DNA from: the human T2T-CHM13v2.0 reference genome, Homo sapiens
DNA: 64,000 nucleotides
Reading direction: 5' to 3' (one strand)
NCBI RefSeq assembly: GCF_009914755.1
Contig: NC_060925.1
The notes below the pieces were generated by a model that did no database searches, was not told where the DNA came from, and saw only the letters and a list, made by a program, of their open reading frames with translations. Of the stretch, positions 1 to 12,700 are shown in pieces. Both the position numbers and the translations under genes were made by a program. How positions within the stretch are numbered: position 1 is the stretch's first letter; every line of letters starts with the position of its first letter.

Positions 1-560
1 CAAGCTTTTTAAATTTACAGAAACTTGCTTTCTTGCCCAGCATATGGTTTATCTTGATAAAAATTTATGTGTGGTTGAAAATAATATAAATTTTTTGGAG
101 GGATGAAATGTTCCACAAATGTCAATTAAATCAAGTTGGCTGACAGTGTTGTTCAGGTCTTCTATATACTTGGTGACTTTCTGTCAATTTCTTCTATCAA
201 TTGTCAAAAAGCAAATGTTGAGGTTTCCAACTACAACTGTGTTTGCTTACTGCTTCATTTCTGTCAGTTTTTCCTCTGTGTATTTTGAAGTTCTGTTATT
301 TGCCACATACACATTTAGAATTGTGATGTCTTTTTGATTAATTGCTCCCTATACTATTATGTGAAGCCTCTTTTTTATTCCTGGTTATATTCTTTATTTA
401 AAATCTATTTGTCTGGTGCTAATATAGCCACTCTAGCTTTCTTAGAAGTGTCTGCATGATATGTCTTCTTCCATCTTGTATTTTTTACCCTATCTGTATC
501 TTAAAGTGTATTTCTTATAGATAACATACAGTTGACTCTTGCTTTCCAATCAACCTATAG
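1..560 (-). mobile_element. Old L1M ORF2 fragment
   Basis: T-rich antisense L1 endonuclease-region-like sequence (e.g. aatatagccactctagctttc). Confidence 0.6.
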
Positions 561-747
561 ATGACCAATACCAAATTAATCTGTGTTACTAAAAATCAAA
601 AATTGTGTCTCCCTAGTCTCATTTGGGGTCGATACTATAATTCATCATAACTCAAATATATCAATGCCCAATATGTATATGAGGTAAAGACAATGACTCA
701 TCATTAATAATGGCTAATAAACAGAGATATTTCTAACTAACACTTTC

Positions 748-1225
748 TTTTTTTTTTTTTTTTAAATTTATTTTTTTATTGATAATTCTTGGGTGTTTCT
801 CACAGAGGGGGATTTGGCAGGGTCATGGGACAATAGTGGAGGGAAGGTCAGCAGATAAACAAGTGAACAAAGGTCTCTGGTTTTCCTAGGCAGAGGACCC
901 TGCGGCCTTCCGCAGTGTTTGTGTCCCTGATTACTTGAGATTAGGGATTGGTGATGACTCTTAACGAGCATGCTGCCTTCAAGCATCTGTTTAACAAAGC
1001 ACATCTTGCACCGCCCTTAATCCATTTAACCCTGAGTGGACACAGCACATGTTTCAGAGAGCACAGGGTTGGGGGTAAGGTTATAGATTAACAGGATCCC
1101 AAGGCAGAAGAATTTTTCTTAGTGCAGAACAAAATGAAAAGTCTCCCATGTCTACTTCTTTCTACACAGACACGGCAACCATCCGATTTCTCAATCTTTT
1201 CCCCACCTTTCCCCCCTTTCTATTC
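748..1225 (-). mobile_element. 5'-truncated SVA (SINE-R portion plus poly(A) tail), young hominid type
   Basis: Poly-T 748-763, then tttattgataattcttgggtgtttctcacagagggggatttggcagggtc...catctgtttaacaaagcacatcttgcaccgccc, the classic SVA 3' end; TSD ctaactaacactttc at 733-747 and 1266-1280. Confidence 0.93.
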
Positions 1226-1226
1226 A

Positions 1227-1269
1227 CTGGTTTCTCTTCAGACCGAATAAATCTTTCGCCTTTTACTAA
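1227..1269 (+). pseudogene. U5 snRNA 5' fragment (approx. nt 6-48, including loop I GCCUUUUAC)
   Basis: ctggtttctcttcagaccgaataaatctttcgccttttactaa matches the U5 snRNA 5' half (CTGGTTTCTCTTCAGATCGCATAAATCTTTCGCCTTTTACTAA) with two mismatches. Confidence 0.88.
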
Positions 1270-1343
1270 CTAACACTTTCAATTATTTAAAACAAAAGGC
1301 AAGCAAAGTTCACAAAACTAAACTTGTTCAAAACATAGTTTCC

Positions 1344-1503
1344 ATATCATTAGGAGATATACCTAATGCTAAATGACGAGTTAATGGGTGCAGCACACCT
1401 GCATGGCCCATGTATATATATGTAACTAACCTGCACATTGTGCACATGTACCCTAAAACTTAAAGTATAATAGTAATAAAATAAAAATTAAAAAAAAAAC
1501 AAC
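1344..1503 (+). mobile_element. Very short 5'-truncated L1PA 3' end
   Basis: taggagatatacctaatgctaaatgacgagttaatgggtgcagcac...cctaaaacttaaagtataat plus A tail; TSD aacatagtttcc at 1332-1343 and 1504-1515. Confidence 0.9.
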
Positions 1504-2139
1504 AACATAGTTTCCTTTATGACTCCCAGGATCTCAGGCCAGCTTAATCCATTTGACATACTGAATTAACACCTTAAGTGAGTCATTGCATTTTATAAAT
1601 CAATTGGACATCTAGCCTAACATGATTAAAGTTAATCTCATTGGTAATGTTGACTTTTAAAATTCTGATTATTGCCCTACTCCCCTGTTTCTCTGAGCTA
1701 TTTTAAAACTGTTTTATCTATCAATTGCTCTGCTGTATTTTGATGGTTAATGAAACAGAATTTAATACACTCAAGCCACGTCATCTAGGTCCGACCAACC
1801 ATGGTACCATCTCATGGGGAAAATGGCCTTAAACTGAGCTCATTTTGATACTTCAGTGAGAAAACCTGACTATCCTGGGGTTCATGATTCTTTATAACAA
1901 ATAGTCATTCCTAATGCAAATGTTATGTACCAAAAGTTTGCTTCATCTTCCCATAGTAGTGGTGTTAAAAATGGTGGCTAGTTTCCAAGGCTAGATCACA
2001 TGAACCTACCTAATGGAAGATAAGCCCCAAAAAGGAAAGTGTCATAAAAAGAAGTATTGTAATTTCGATATTAGTACTTAAATATATTGAGAAAGATAAA
2101 ATTTCATTTTTAAATGTTGTCTATTCATCTTAAACATCA

Positions 2140-2460
<321 letters not shown>

Positions 2461-4188
2461 TTAAATATAGAAAAATAAAAAGACAAATGGGGGGTTTCTG
2501 TATAAACACTTTTGCAACCTTCTGGACACTTGCAAGATATTACAAGGTTAATGAACGTTTCTTCATTACACATATTAACTCTAGGAGTTTTGACTTTGCT
2601 CTTCCTAGACAGAAGTGTTGCCTAATAATGCTGCTTAAATGATACATTTAAAAGAAGACACTCCAATTATGCCAGTTACTGTTATTTATGTGTTTGTCTG
2701 GCAGCTAATATGTTTTAAAACAAATAATTTTCTTAATTTTAAAATATGAATTTGAAGGTCTTATTAAATAAAATGCAAGGGTTTTAGCTGAATTTCTATC
2801 CAATTTCAGCATACTCAAGGTTAGAAAGTCATTAATGAAATCCGTTTTAAAACCCTATGTATCGAGGGGAAAATCTTTAAACACACAAACATAATATTTC
2901 CCATGAAAAAGATATCAAGAAAAGCAACATTTATCATAGTCTAATTTCTAATATATCCTAATGCTTTTTATAAACATGACAGAAAGTTATCTCCTAATAT
3001 AGGGTGAGTTTATTCCTTTTCTCTGACTTTTGTGGAAGTAGAAAAATAAAGAGTATGTACGGCTGCCATCACCATTGTTAATCAAGCATGAATCAACTAT
3101 GAGACTGGCTAATTATTTGTAGCCAGGTTTCTTCCACAATGAGTTCTAGGCAGCTCTTAAATGAATTTATTAGGCACCTCCCCCTCAAGATTTTAATGCC
3201 TCATAAACACAATGATGAAGATGTCTCAGTCATACTGAAATGAAATGAAAAGCCTACTTTAGATGAGGATCTATTTTCATATATAAAAGCAAAGTTATAA
3301 GTGAATTTAAACTTTTGGTATTTATCCAGATTATCCTCTCTGTAGTCCTGTCTTCTTGCCCAGCTGCAATTAAGAGCTTCCCTATTTAGGTTTCCTATTT
3401 TGTTAAAACCAGGAAACTGATCTACAGAAGGAAAACAAACTCCATCAAAACACATTATAAGTTCAACTCAAAACAGCACTGCCTATGAATCCTCAGGGTT
3501 GCTGAACACAACTATTCTTCTTCCCTGTCATAAGCCTCAAAAGCACTCCAAATACTGCATTTCAGCAGCCTCAGATGTTGACCTTTGAAGGCTGAAACCT
3601 CATCACACTCCAGGCTTGGGAGTACTGAGCCTTCAGCTCTCACCCAAGGCAACTGAGGCACGCACCAGAAGCCCTCATTTGTCTCTCCGGGAAGTCAATA
3701 TTAAACCCTATGCTTTTTAGGACATATCATCTCCAACCTGGTTACATCTATTTCATCCTACCAGAAAAAGCCAGCGAATTGAAATGTTAAAAATAATGAC
3801 TACTGCACATTTAGCTATGCAAAATGAGATATCATTCCAGGGCTACAGATATCATTGCAATACGGCAGGTCTTTTATTTTTTATTAGAGTAATTCAAAAA
3901 TATTATATGACTTTATTATTTTATGATCTTTGAACCCATGGACCTCCTCCTCCCTCGTTACATGAACCCATTAAACCTTCCCAACATCACTGGACTGGTG
4001 GCAAGTTTCCAGTTCAGTTGCCCTGCACAGCGTACTTGTGATAGACATGGTGAAACTATTTATTGGTGGTCACCAAGTTCAGCTGGGAAGGTGGACTGGG
4101 TGGCAACTTTGCAGTGTGATATCTAGAATACTGGGAATGGTGGATACCTCCCTTCCACCACTCCAAGAAAAGATCACTTCCTCCAGAA

Positions 4189-4434
4189 TGGGCAAGGACT
4201 AGGGTGAAGCAAGTAAGGCACTGAACTTGGGGGTAGGAGGGTAGCGTGCAGAATTTAAGGAGGTGTCCAAAAACTTAGTAATTAAGATAAATAACATTTT
4301 GATGCAATCTTTTCAAAAGTAAAAAATTAACACAGAGAAATCATGATGAGGGAAATATCAAAAATTTTAATAAAAACTGAATTAGAGCCTGCACTTGCAT
4401 GATTCAGCCTCTCTCCTCACCTAACCCTGGCCCT
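4189..4434. mobile_element. hAT-type MITE remnant (MER96/MER91-like)
   Basis: Terminal inverted repeats gggcaaggactagggtgaag ... ctcacctaaccctggccc around an AT-rich core. Confidence 0.55.
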
Positions 4435-7400
4435 TCTGGACCGACCTAGTGATCCCAGAAATTTCACACTTCAGAAGCCCCTCTTTTTACATCATTGTCT
4501 ATAATGAACATGCAAATTTCTGAGAGGAAGCAGCGTATTAAATCTCAGCAAATTATATATAATATAATATAATACGTCATAACATTATAGGCTAATGTTT
4601 ATTAGCCTACCAACTGCCTTCCAGAAAACAGATTTTGAGGGGGCTGGAAAGAAAACAAGGATTACTGGTTCTCTGTCTTTGGGGTACAACAAATGGGGCA
4701 GCAGCAAGTTAAAGCCCTTTCTGTTGCTGATTTGTCCAAGACTAAAGCCACCGTTGCTGGTTTCATACTCAAACAAGATTTCATTTGCTGTACATTCTAG
4801 ATCCTGGACATACGGGGGCGCTTCCAGGCCACAGATAAGGCTTAGAATGACTTTCTGCTTTTTTAACTTCCAAAATTCATTAGACTCTGTTGCAGCCCCA
4901 AGGAAAAAAGCGTAGAATTTTTCTCGGCAGATATATTCAGCCCTTATAGGTTTTACAGCTGCTGTGTATTTATCTAACTATGGAGGATTTGTAAAAAATG
5001 CCTCCAATTCAAGAGGACCTATAAAAACTTTCATAGTGCTACAAGGTGAGTACTATGCAGTCATAAAGAAAAATGATGATGATGATGATAAGGCTACCAG
5101 TTATTTTTGCCATGGCCATCACTTCAAACAACTTCATAATTTATAGGATGAGTTATAGTATTTTATCTGAATCTACAGTCCCTTAAAATTATAAAGATGC
5201 TTATCTTAAACATCCAATAGATTACTTTTTAAAGTAATTGTAAGGAGTGACTCAGACCACCAATGCCAAAAATTACACAACAAATAAGAATTTATTTTGT
5301 AATAAATTTTGTTCAAAAATTTTTTGTAAAAAACAGTTCTGTTGCTCCAATGAGATTTCCCCTTCTATATCTAAATACATATTCTCTCTCTCTCAAACAA
5401 ACAAACAAAAAAATTGTTTATTATTAAATTAAATTCAGTACAAGTTTATGTGTTAAAAATATCAAATAATCTCTTGATTGGAGATTTTTCTCGTTTCAAA
5501 GTGTCTAAAGATGAATGAACGTGGTGTTCATTTCTTAACCTTTTCTGTTTTTATTTTTCCTGATCCTACAAAAAAATTTGCAAAGAACATATTAAATACA
5601 GATCTTCTGAAACTAAAGGCTAATTTTAAGCTTTGATGCTTAAATGGAAACAAAGTTATTTTCCTAGGAGAGAGATAAATGTTTAATTCAACTCTGGAAA
5701 ATTCATAGACTATCCCCAAAGTGAAATGAACAAGGTCAGGTCATGCCAGTAGGAATGCAATCCATGACTGTATATCAAGGAAGGAAGAGCTCATACTGAT
5801 CATTTACAATCCTACAAAACTAAACTTTTAGACACAATATGATTTGCCTATGACATAAGACTTCATATAAAAACATAAAATAATGCAGAACGGAATATGA
5901 AAACAAATTCAAGAGATAAAAGGATTGATGAGTGTCCCTACCTATGTTGAGAGAAATTAATTTACACATCCATGTTTTGACTTTGGCGTCCTTAAGGAAA
6001 TAGAGGCAACATGTATGTGTATATAATATACACTTTTCTTACAGTAGAGATTATGTGAAATGCAGAGGATGTTTCAGGTTGATGAAGATGAAATTAAGGT
6101 GCTTAACAAATATCAATAAATGTAATACACTAATAGGCAAACTCTTTAAAAAATTATAGGCTGTCGAAACGCTAGGAAAAGAATTTCCTAGAAATTATTT
6201 AATGGAGGGGGGATAAGCACCATTAAATTGAAAATTTGAGAAGAACTTGGACAATTTTTATGTTGATTTTTAGATCACCTCTTATGCTTTCTTTATGCTA
6301 ACAACTTAGCTGGTTTCATATTGCCATATACTAAAATTTTCCATATCAAAAAATTGCTAAGATAATGGCTAATCAGTTGTTCATTCAAATGTTTCCTTTC
6401 TTTGTTCTTACACTACACATTAAAAAACATGAATGACTGCTCAGACAAATTCAAGCTCCACACTTAGATATGTGTAAAATAGCCTACTCCTTTTAAATTC
6501 AACCTTGGAAATGCTAGTTGTGCTTAGATTAATCCTTTGACAAACCTGTAAAATAGAAAGCATGACATTAGCTCACATGGGACGTAATTCTAGACCAAAT
6601 TTCAGAGTTCTGTAGTCACTATGTTGGCACTTAATTAAGGAGTAGGCTCTTCAAAAATACCTTCCAAATCAATCTTTTCCAGAAATGTTTCTCTGCATCT
6701 TGAGAATTTGCAAAGTTCTTGTGCCACTTATAAAAACAGAAATATTCTATTTACTAAAGGCTAGAATTTGAAAAGTTAGCATTTGATATTAAAAATTCTT
6801 CATTTTTTTCCTGCAAGAGTTGAAAAATTAACTCCTTGTGACTGAATACATTAATACACTAATGTATTGTGTTATATGTTTTTATAACTGTTACAATCTA
6901 AACAGAAATCAGAAAGATTATTTTATTTATGTATAAAATTATCAAATAACTTCAGATTTTTGGAAGACAACTAAAGGGAAAAATATTAAGGAAATATAAA
7001 TATTGAATTGCAATACAACTAATTAGGTAAGCTGATAAGTTGTTCACAGTTTAAAATGTTGAGCCATTCAGTCATAGTCATTGTAAAGACATTTCGCTCT
7101 AACTAGGACATTTTCAAAACAAAACTAAGTATAGCTCCATTATTCAACTTAAGGGCATTAAATGAGAAAATGCAGAATGTGTTCAAAAAATTTTAAAGGA
7201 CTATCCAACTTTGTAGGATGCAAAAAACTCAGGACTTCAGGAATAAACAGAATACATAGAAAATTATCCTGAAAAGTGTAAATGGAGAGACGTTGACAAG
7301 GCTATTACAACTGACCATTCCTGAACTAAGAGAAAATTGTTCTGAGGATTACATATTTTTAGCTTTTAATGTCACGCTAACCTATTCCAGATGATATGAT

Positions 7401-8819
7401 ATTTCTCATGAGAAATACTAGATTCCTAAGGAAATAAACAAGGTGTTTAAGAAGAAGACATTGAATTTTATATTCTTTAATTTGTTTCTAATTCATTTTA
7501 TACATTTAGAAAAAAATATTGAGCACACAAATTCCATGTCACTTTCATGTTAATTTGATGTGTAAGTTATGTTACAGGACACAAAATTGATACTATGAAA
7601 GTAAATAAATGTGCTCAAGTTAAGTATTTAATTTGTAACATTCTTATTATTATACCAAATATGTTATTGGTTCTACAAGAGAAAAGTTAAATCACTGAAA
7701 AAGTACATTGAAAGTTTGGCAATCAAATGTTTTCTTTTAAGTATATTTCAAGTTTGAAATTGATTAGTGAGTCTCCTATTTATTAACTACAAATTGAAAA
7801 TTGCCTCCTTTAAAGAGTGCCAGGCAACCATGACTAATCTAAAAGTTTTAAGAAATGTAATGAGATTATGATATCGGTAAAAAATTTGTAATTAAAAGTT
7901 TATTTGCCTAACAAATACTCCTACAAGCAATAACCACTATCAATGATTTATTTTCTTTTAGCCACTGCAGCAAAATGTTTGGTTGATGTTCTCAGCCATC
8001 TTGCAAATCGAAAGTAAATATCTACATAGAATTACATTTATCTCAACGCTGTTACTGTGAAACTAATAACCATATAAAATGAATTCATTTTTTCTCTAAT
8101 ATAATGAAATACCTGCCTTATTTACAATGTTTATTATTTGGGTGATTTTTTAATGGCATCTACATCTTCACATTGTTTTTTCTGTGAATTAAATTATGTG
8201 TCCCAAACAAAATTATATTTGTTCAGGGACTAGTTAAAGATGAATGGAAATTTTCTATATTCTGAAACGTGAAGAGACCTTAATACTCAAGATTTCAGTC
8301 TATCTCTTGGAAACTTTTTGTAGTCTTTCTAGAATAAAAGTACCATAAAAATTATTACCTTAATGTCCGAAATTCTTTATAGCTATTGCTGTAGCTGATC
8401 TTTAACAGAAGAAAACGTGAATGAAACAATGACCTAATCAATAATGTAGCAAAAAGTGCATGCACAAACTCTAGGTCCCTTTTAAGTTATTTTGCTTTTC
8501 TCTCTGTCTGATGCCAGTTTTTTATCTGACTTATTATGTGAGCTTTTCTGTGTGCACTTACAGTGAATAGTAGCTGCTAAAATGTATAGATAATGATTGT
8601 CTCTCCACATTTAAATGGTAAATTCCAAACAGAAAGTTAAAGGTAATTTACTGGCATTATTGCCTGAATCCTTTCTAACCCCTTGGGATTAAGGATAATA
8701 AGAAAGACTTTATCACAATAAAAGTGTTTCAATTTTTTTTCAAAGCATAGATTGTGAGAGCTAGGTCATCAATGATATTTGAGGATAATCAACATTTCAT
8801 ACATTTGCTGCCATCTTTT

Positions 8820-9100
8820 GAGAAGCAGTGTTAGCCTCATAGTCAAGAGTGTGAGCTCTGGAGCAAGACCACCTAGGTTCAAGTCCTGGCTCTGTCACTT
8901 ACTAGCTGATGAATTCAGGCACATTCATTTCCCTATGGTTCAGTTGTCCTCATCTATCAAAGAGGAATAAATGATGATGACCTCATCATTCAATGACCTG
9001 CCTCATTGAATCACTGTAGGAATTAAATGAGTTTAAACTGTGAGAACACCTTAAGACAGGGAATGTCTGGAATGTACTAAGCACTCTATATGTGTTTACT
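8820..9100 (+). mobile_element. MIR
   Basis: ctaggttcaagtcctggctctgtcacttactagctg...tcagttgtcctcatctatcaaa MIR core. Confidence 0.7.
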
Positions 9101-10814
9101 GGTTTTTAAAAAATTACATGCTTTTTGTGAATTTGCACTTAATCTTATCAGAGTAGCAGTTTTATTATCCCAATCTTGCAGATGTTGGGTATCATCACTC
9201 TGCCTTTGTTATCACTAGTCTTTAATACCTTATCACAGCAAAAGGCAATAACTAGGAGCTCCAACTTTTCTTTCAGATTTTCCTCTTCCCTTTGCAACTG
9301 ATTAACTGTTTAAGTCTTACTGTGAAAAACCAGCAAGGAACAACTCACTTGTGCTTTTGCTTTTAGCAACTGGGTTGGAGATAAGATGACCATGATTTAT
9401 GATAAAAAAATAAAAGTGCTTAACCCAGACATCTTATTAACAAATGTGGTTACTGTTAAGACATGTAATTTTTTTTTCTGTTATCTTATTCACATGCCAT
9501 GAAGAATTCCAGCTCGGAATTAGGGTTTTTCAAGGCATGAAATATCTGACAGTAAAGGGTCAAAATAGAAAAGTATATACTCCCCTGTCAAATAATATTC
9601 CAAAATAATATTGGAAAGTATCAGACAGGAATGAAAGTATCATTTGTTAATTCATTCAGGACATATTTAATGATTTCCCATTATTTCACAGGGCAAACTG
9701 GAATTCAAAGCAGAACTTATAAGAGTGGTAAAACTTTATAATAGTGTCTAGGAGCAATTTTGTGAGCTCAGATTAAACCTTTTCATTGTCACCAAGGAGT
9801 CAACCTAAAAGCCTATGAAAATGATGTTCATTTTGTATTCTACCCTTACAAAGTTCTTATAGGCCTATAGTAACAGCTATGACTCCTGACCCCCGCACCA
9901 AAAAGTAAGGCACACGCTTGGACTAAGTCGGTTAGGAATAGGAATGGATAAATAATGGGGCAATACAAAGATCCCTGGTCAACTTCACAGTCTGTCATCT
10001 AGGTGCTCCGGTTTTTAACATCTTCTGCAACCTTCGGGAAACAGAACAGATCATCGCAATCTACTGTTTTTTTTTTTTTTTCCTCTAAGAAAATGCCCAT
10101 GGAAAAGTGCTGGATGTCTTGCAAATCTGTTATCGCAATGCAAAATCACACCGAGTTTCTTTAAGAATCACAGTGCATTCCCTCTCTCCCAGAACTAAAT
10201 AAAGCCTGCCTTGGGAAGCAATTCAAAACTGGAATTCTGCTTCTACATTGCTCAGTTACCCAGGCAGCTGAAGCCTTTGAACAGGTCTCAGAAAGTCCCT
10301 CAAATACAGTCTTTTTAGGTCAAATGAGAACAGTCCTGTTAAGTCATACACTAATTCCTCTCTACAAACAGAAGTCTGGTTAATTCTCAGGGAGCTAAGA
10401 AAAAAAACAAAGATCCTCTTTCTTCCAGAAAAATTTTTTTTCTTAAAAAAACTATACCATTATGGTTTTTTTTACTTAAACTCTAAGGACAAAATTTTTT
10501 TAAGACTTCCATTGTTGATTAAAATAATATTTTATTATAATATTAAGCAAATATGCAAAAACATAAAATTAGGTTATATATTTTAGATCATTTATAGCTC
10601 TAAAAAGAAACACATTTTAAAATGTAATGCCAACAAAAAATTAAGCGAATGACATTACTTTAATGTGATAAATCATATTTTGCTAAAACAAAATCCACTG
10701 CCCACAATGTAAACATGGTGCTGACGTTATGATGGAGAAATTTCTGGATTAGCATGCCCAAATTATTATGTACTGGGTGATGAATTCATATTTCTGTATC
10801 TACCCTCTATGTAA

Positions 10815-11045
10815 ACTGGAGTTCTGAAGTAAGGCTGCCTTAGTTCAAATCCCAAAGCTGTCACTTCCTATGTTCTGAATGTGTGACGATGGGCAAATTA
10901 CTTAACATCAATGTGCCTCAGTTTCCACATCTGTAAACTGGTCATACTAATAATAACACCTACTTCATAGGGCTCTTGCGAAGCTTATGGGGGGTAAGCA
11001 TAAAGTACCTGGTATACAGTCAGTACTCAATTAATATTAATTATT
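10815..11045 (+). mobile_element. MIR
   Basis: gggcaaattacttaacatc...gtgcctcagtttccacatctgtaaa MIR core. Confidence 0.7.
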
Positions 11046-11444
11046 ACCTTTTATTACCTTGAGCTCTGCATAATAAGTCTGCAAAGACTCAAGCCTTACT
11101 TCAATAGACACAGCAGACAATGGGTAGTGGAATTTCAACTTCCTCAGGGAAAAAGGAACTAGCCCAAACCAGGTTTTTTACATAAAGCCACCGGCTTGGT
11201 TTGCACACACAAGAATGAAGGCTGGAGTTACCACGAGAAACAAGTTGCTTTTTTGGAAAACAGGTGAAGACGCACCCACCACCAGACCCTGCTCATGGAC
11301 TGGGACTCAGACTGTAATTTCCCAACATGAAAGCCACTGAAGTAAAACTGCTTCTGAATTGGGGTCACCTGCACCATCAGTTTCTTTTCTACTGAATTAT
11401 TTCCATCCACATAAAAGTATCACTTAATATTTCATACATAATAT

Positions 11445-11745
11445 GTCTTTTATTGTAGTAAAGTGTAGTAACATAAAATTTACGATATTACCATTTTAAC
11501 CCTTTAACCATTTTTAGATGTACAATTCTGTGGCATTAAGCACATTCACATTGTTGCACAATCATCACCACCATCCATTTCACTTTTCATCTTCCCAAAC
11601 CAAAACTGAAGGCCCTTTAAAAATTAGCTCTTCATTCCCTCTTTTCCCAGCCCCCAACAACCACCATGCTACTTTCTGTCTCTATGAATTTGACCATTCT
11701 AAGGACCTCATATAAATGGAATCATACAATATTTATCCCTTGTGT
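11445..11745 (-). mobile_element. L1MB-like 3' fragment
   Basis: gtggcattaagcacattcacattgttgcacaatcatcaccacc...ctactttctgtctctatgaatttgac, typical antisense L1M 3'UTR. Confidence 0.7.
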
Positions 11746-11749
11746 TTTT

Positions 11750-12700
11750 TAAACAAAATGCCTTCTCTTGACACCATATCTCCTTCCAATCGTGGCCCTA
11801 TTTTTCTGATCTCCACCAGAGTAAAACTTTTAGAAAAAGCTGTCTGTACTTGGCTCTACTTTCTCCCTTCTCATCTTCTCTCCAAGTTACTTTAAAGGGA
11901 CTTTCATCCCAAATATTGGTCAAATATTGACAAAGCCAATGATCAATGCTTTGTCCTTGTATTACCCAACCCAACCCACTCAGTAGCATTCGAAAGGTCT
12001 GACCACTGTCTCCTCCTAGAAACACTATCCTCTCCAGCCCTCCCTGACTGTAAACTTGCCTGGTTCTCCTCCTACCTCATGGCTGCTCTTCCTCCAGCTT
12101 TTTTGTTGGCTCCTCCCCCAGCTGCCAGATCTCCAAAGGTCAGAGTGCCCCAGGGCTCCGTCCTTGATTCTCTTCTCTTTTCCATGCACGCAGTGCCACT
12201 CAAAGCCTTGGTCTGCATACCAGTGTCAGTCCATTAACTATTTGTTACCAGACTGCAATGACAGAAATACAGAAACTGACTAAGCCTTTAGAAAGTTCTA
12301 ATCGCAATTTGACAGTATATGTTTCTGTTGTTGTATCTAAGAATAAAAAATTAGGCTTGAATTTGAATACCTTTTTTAAATAGTTTATATTTCATTTTTA
12401 TAATGATTTATACAATTGTATTTTACAAAGTATTGGTTTGCATCAGATTGGATTAGAAAAATAAAACTGGTCCTTCCCCACAGACAGTTTTGAGAAGCGC
12501 TGATCCACATTATTTCCTGGGTGATGTCATCTAGCCCAATAGTTTTTAATAATATTTCTATGCTGATCATTCTCATAATTTATGTCATCATCTCTGACCT
12601 CTTCTGTAAGCTCCAGACTTGGATATCCAACTGCCTACTTAAAATCTCCACTTGGATGTCAAGTGGGCATACAAACCTTAACATGAACAAAACAGAACTA
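11750..12700 (+). mobile_element. L2 fragment interrupted by a hAT-Charlie MITE (12191-12502)
   Basis: L2-like ctccagacttggatatccaactgcctacttaaaatctccacttggatgtc; inner element bounded by TIR-like cagtgccactcaaag / tttgagaagcgctg. Confidence 0.55.

Noticed and set aside
768-1004. 78-aa ORF (MCFVKQMLEGSMLVKSHHQ...)
   Set aside because: Generic SVA SINE-R reading frame, not a gene
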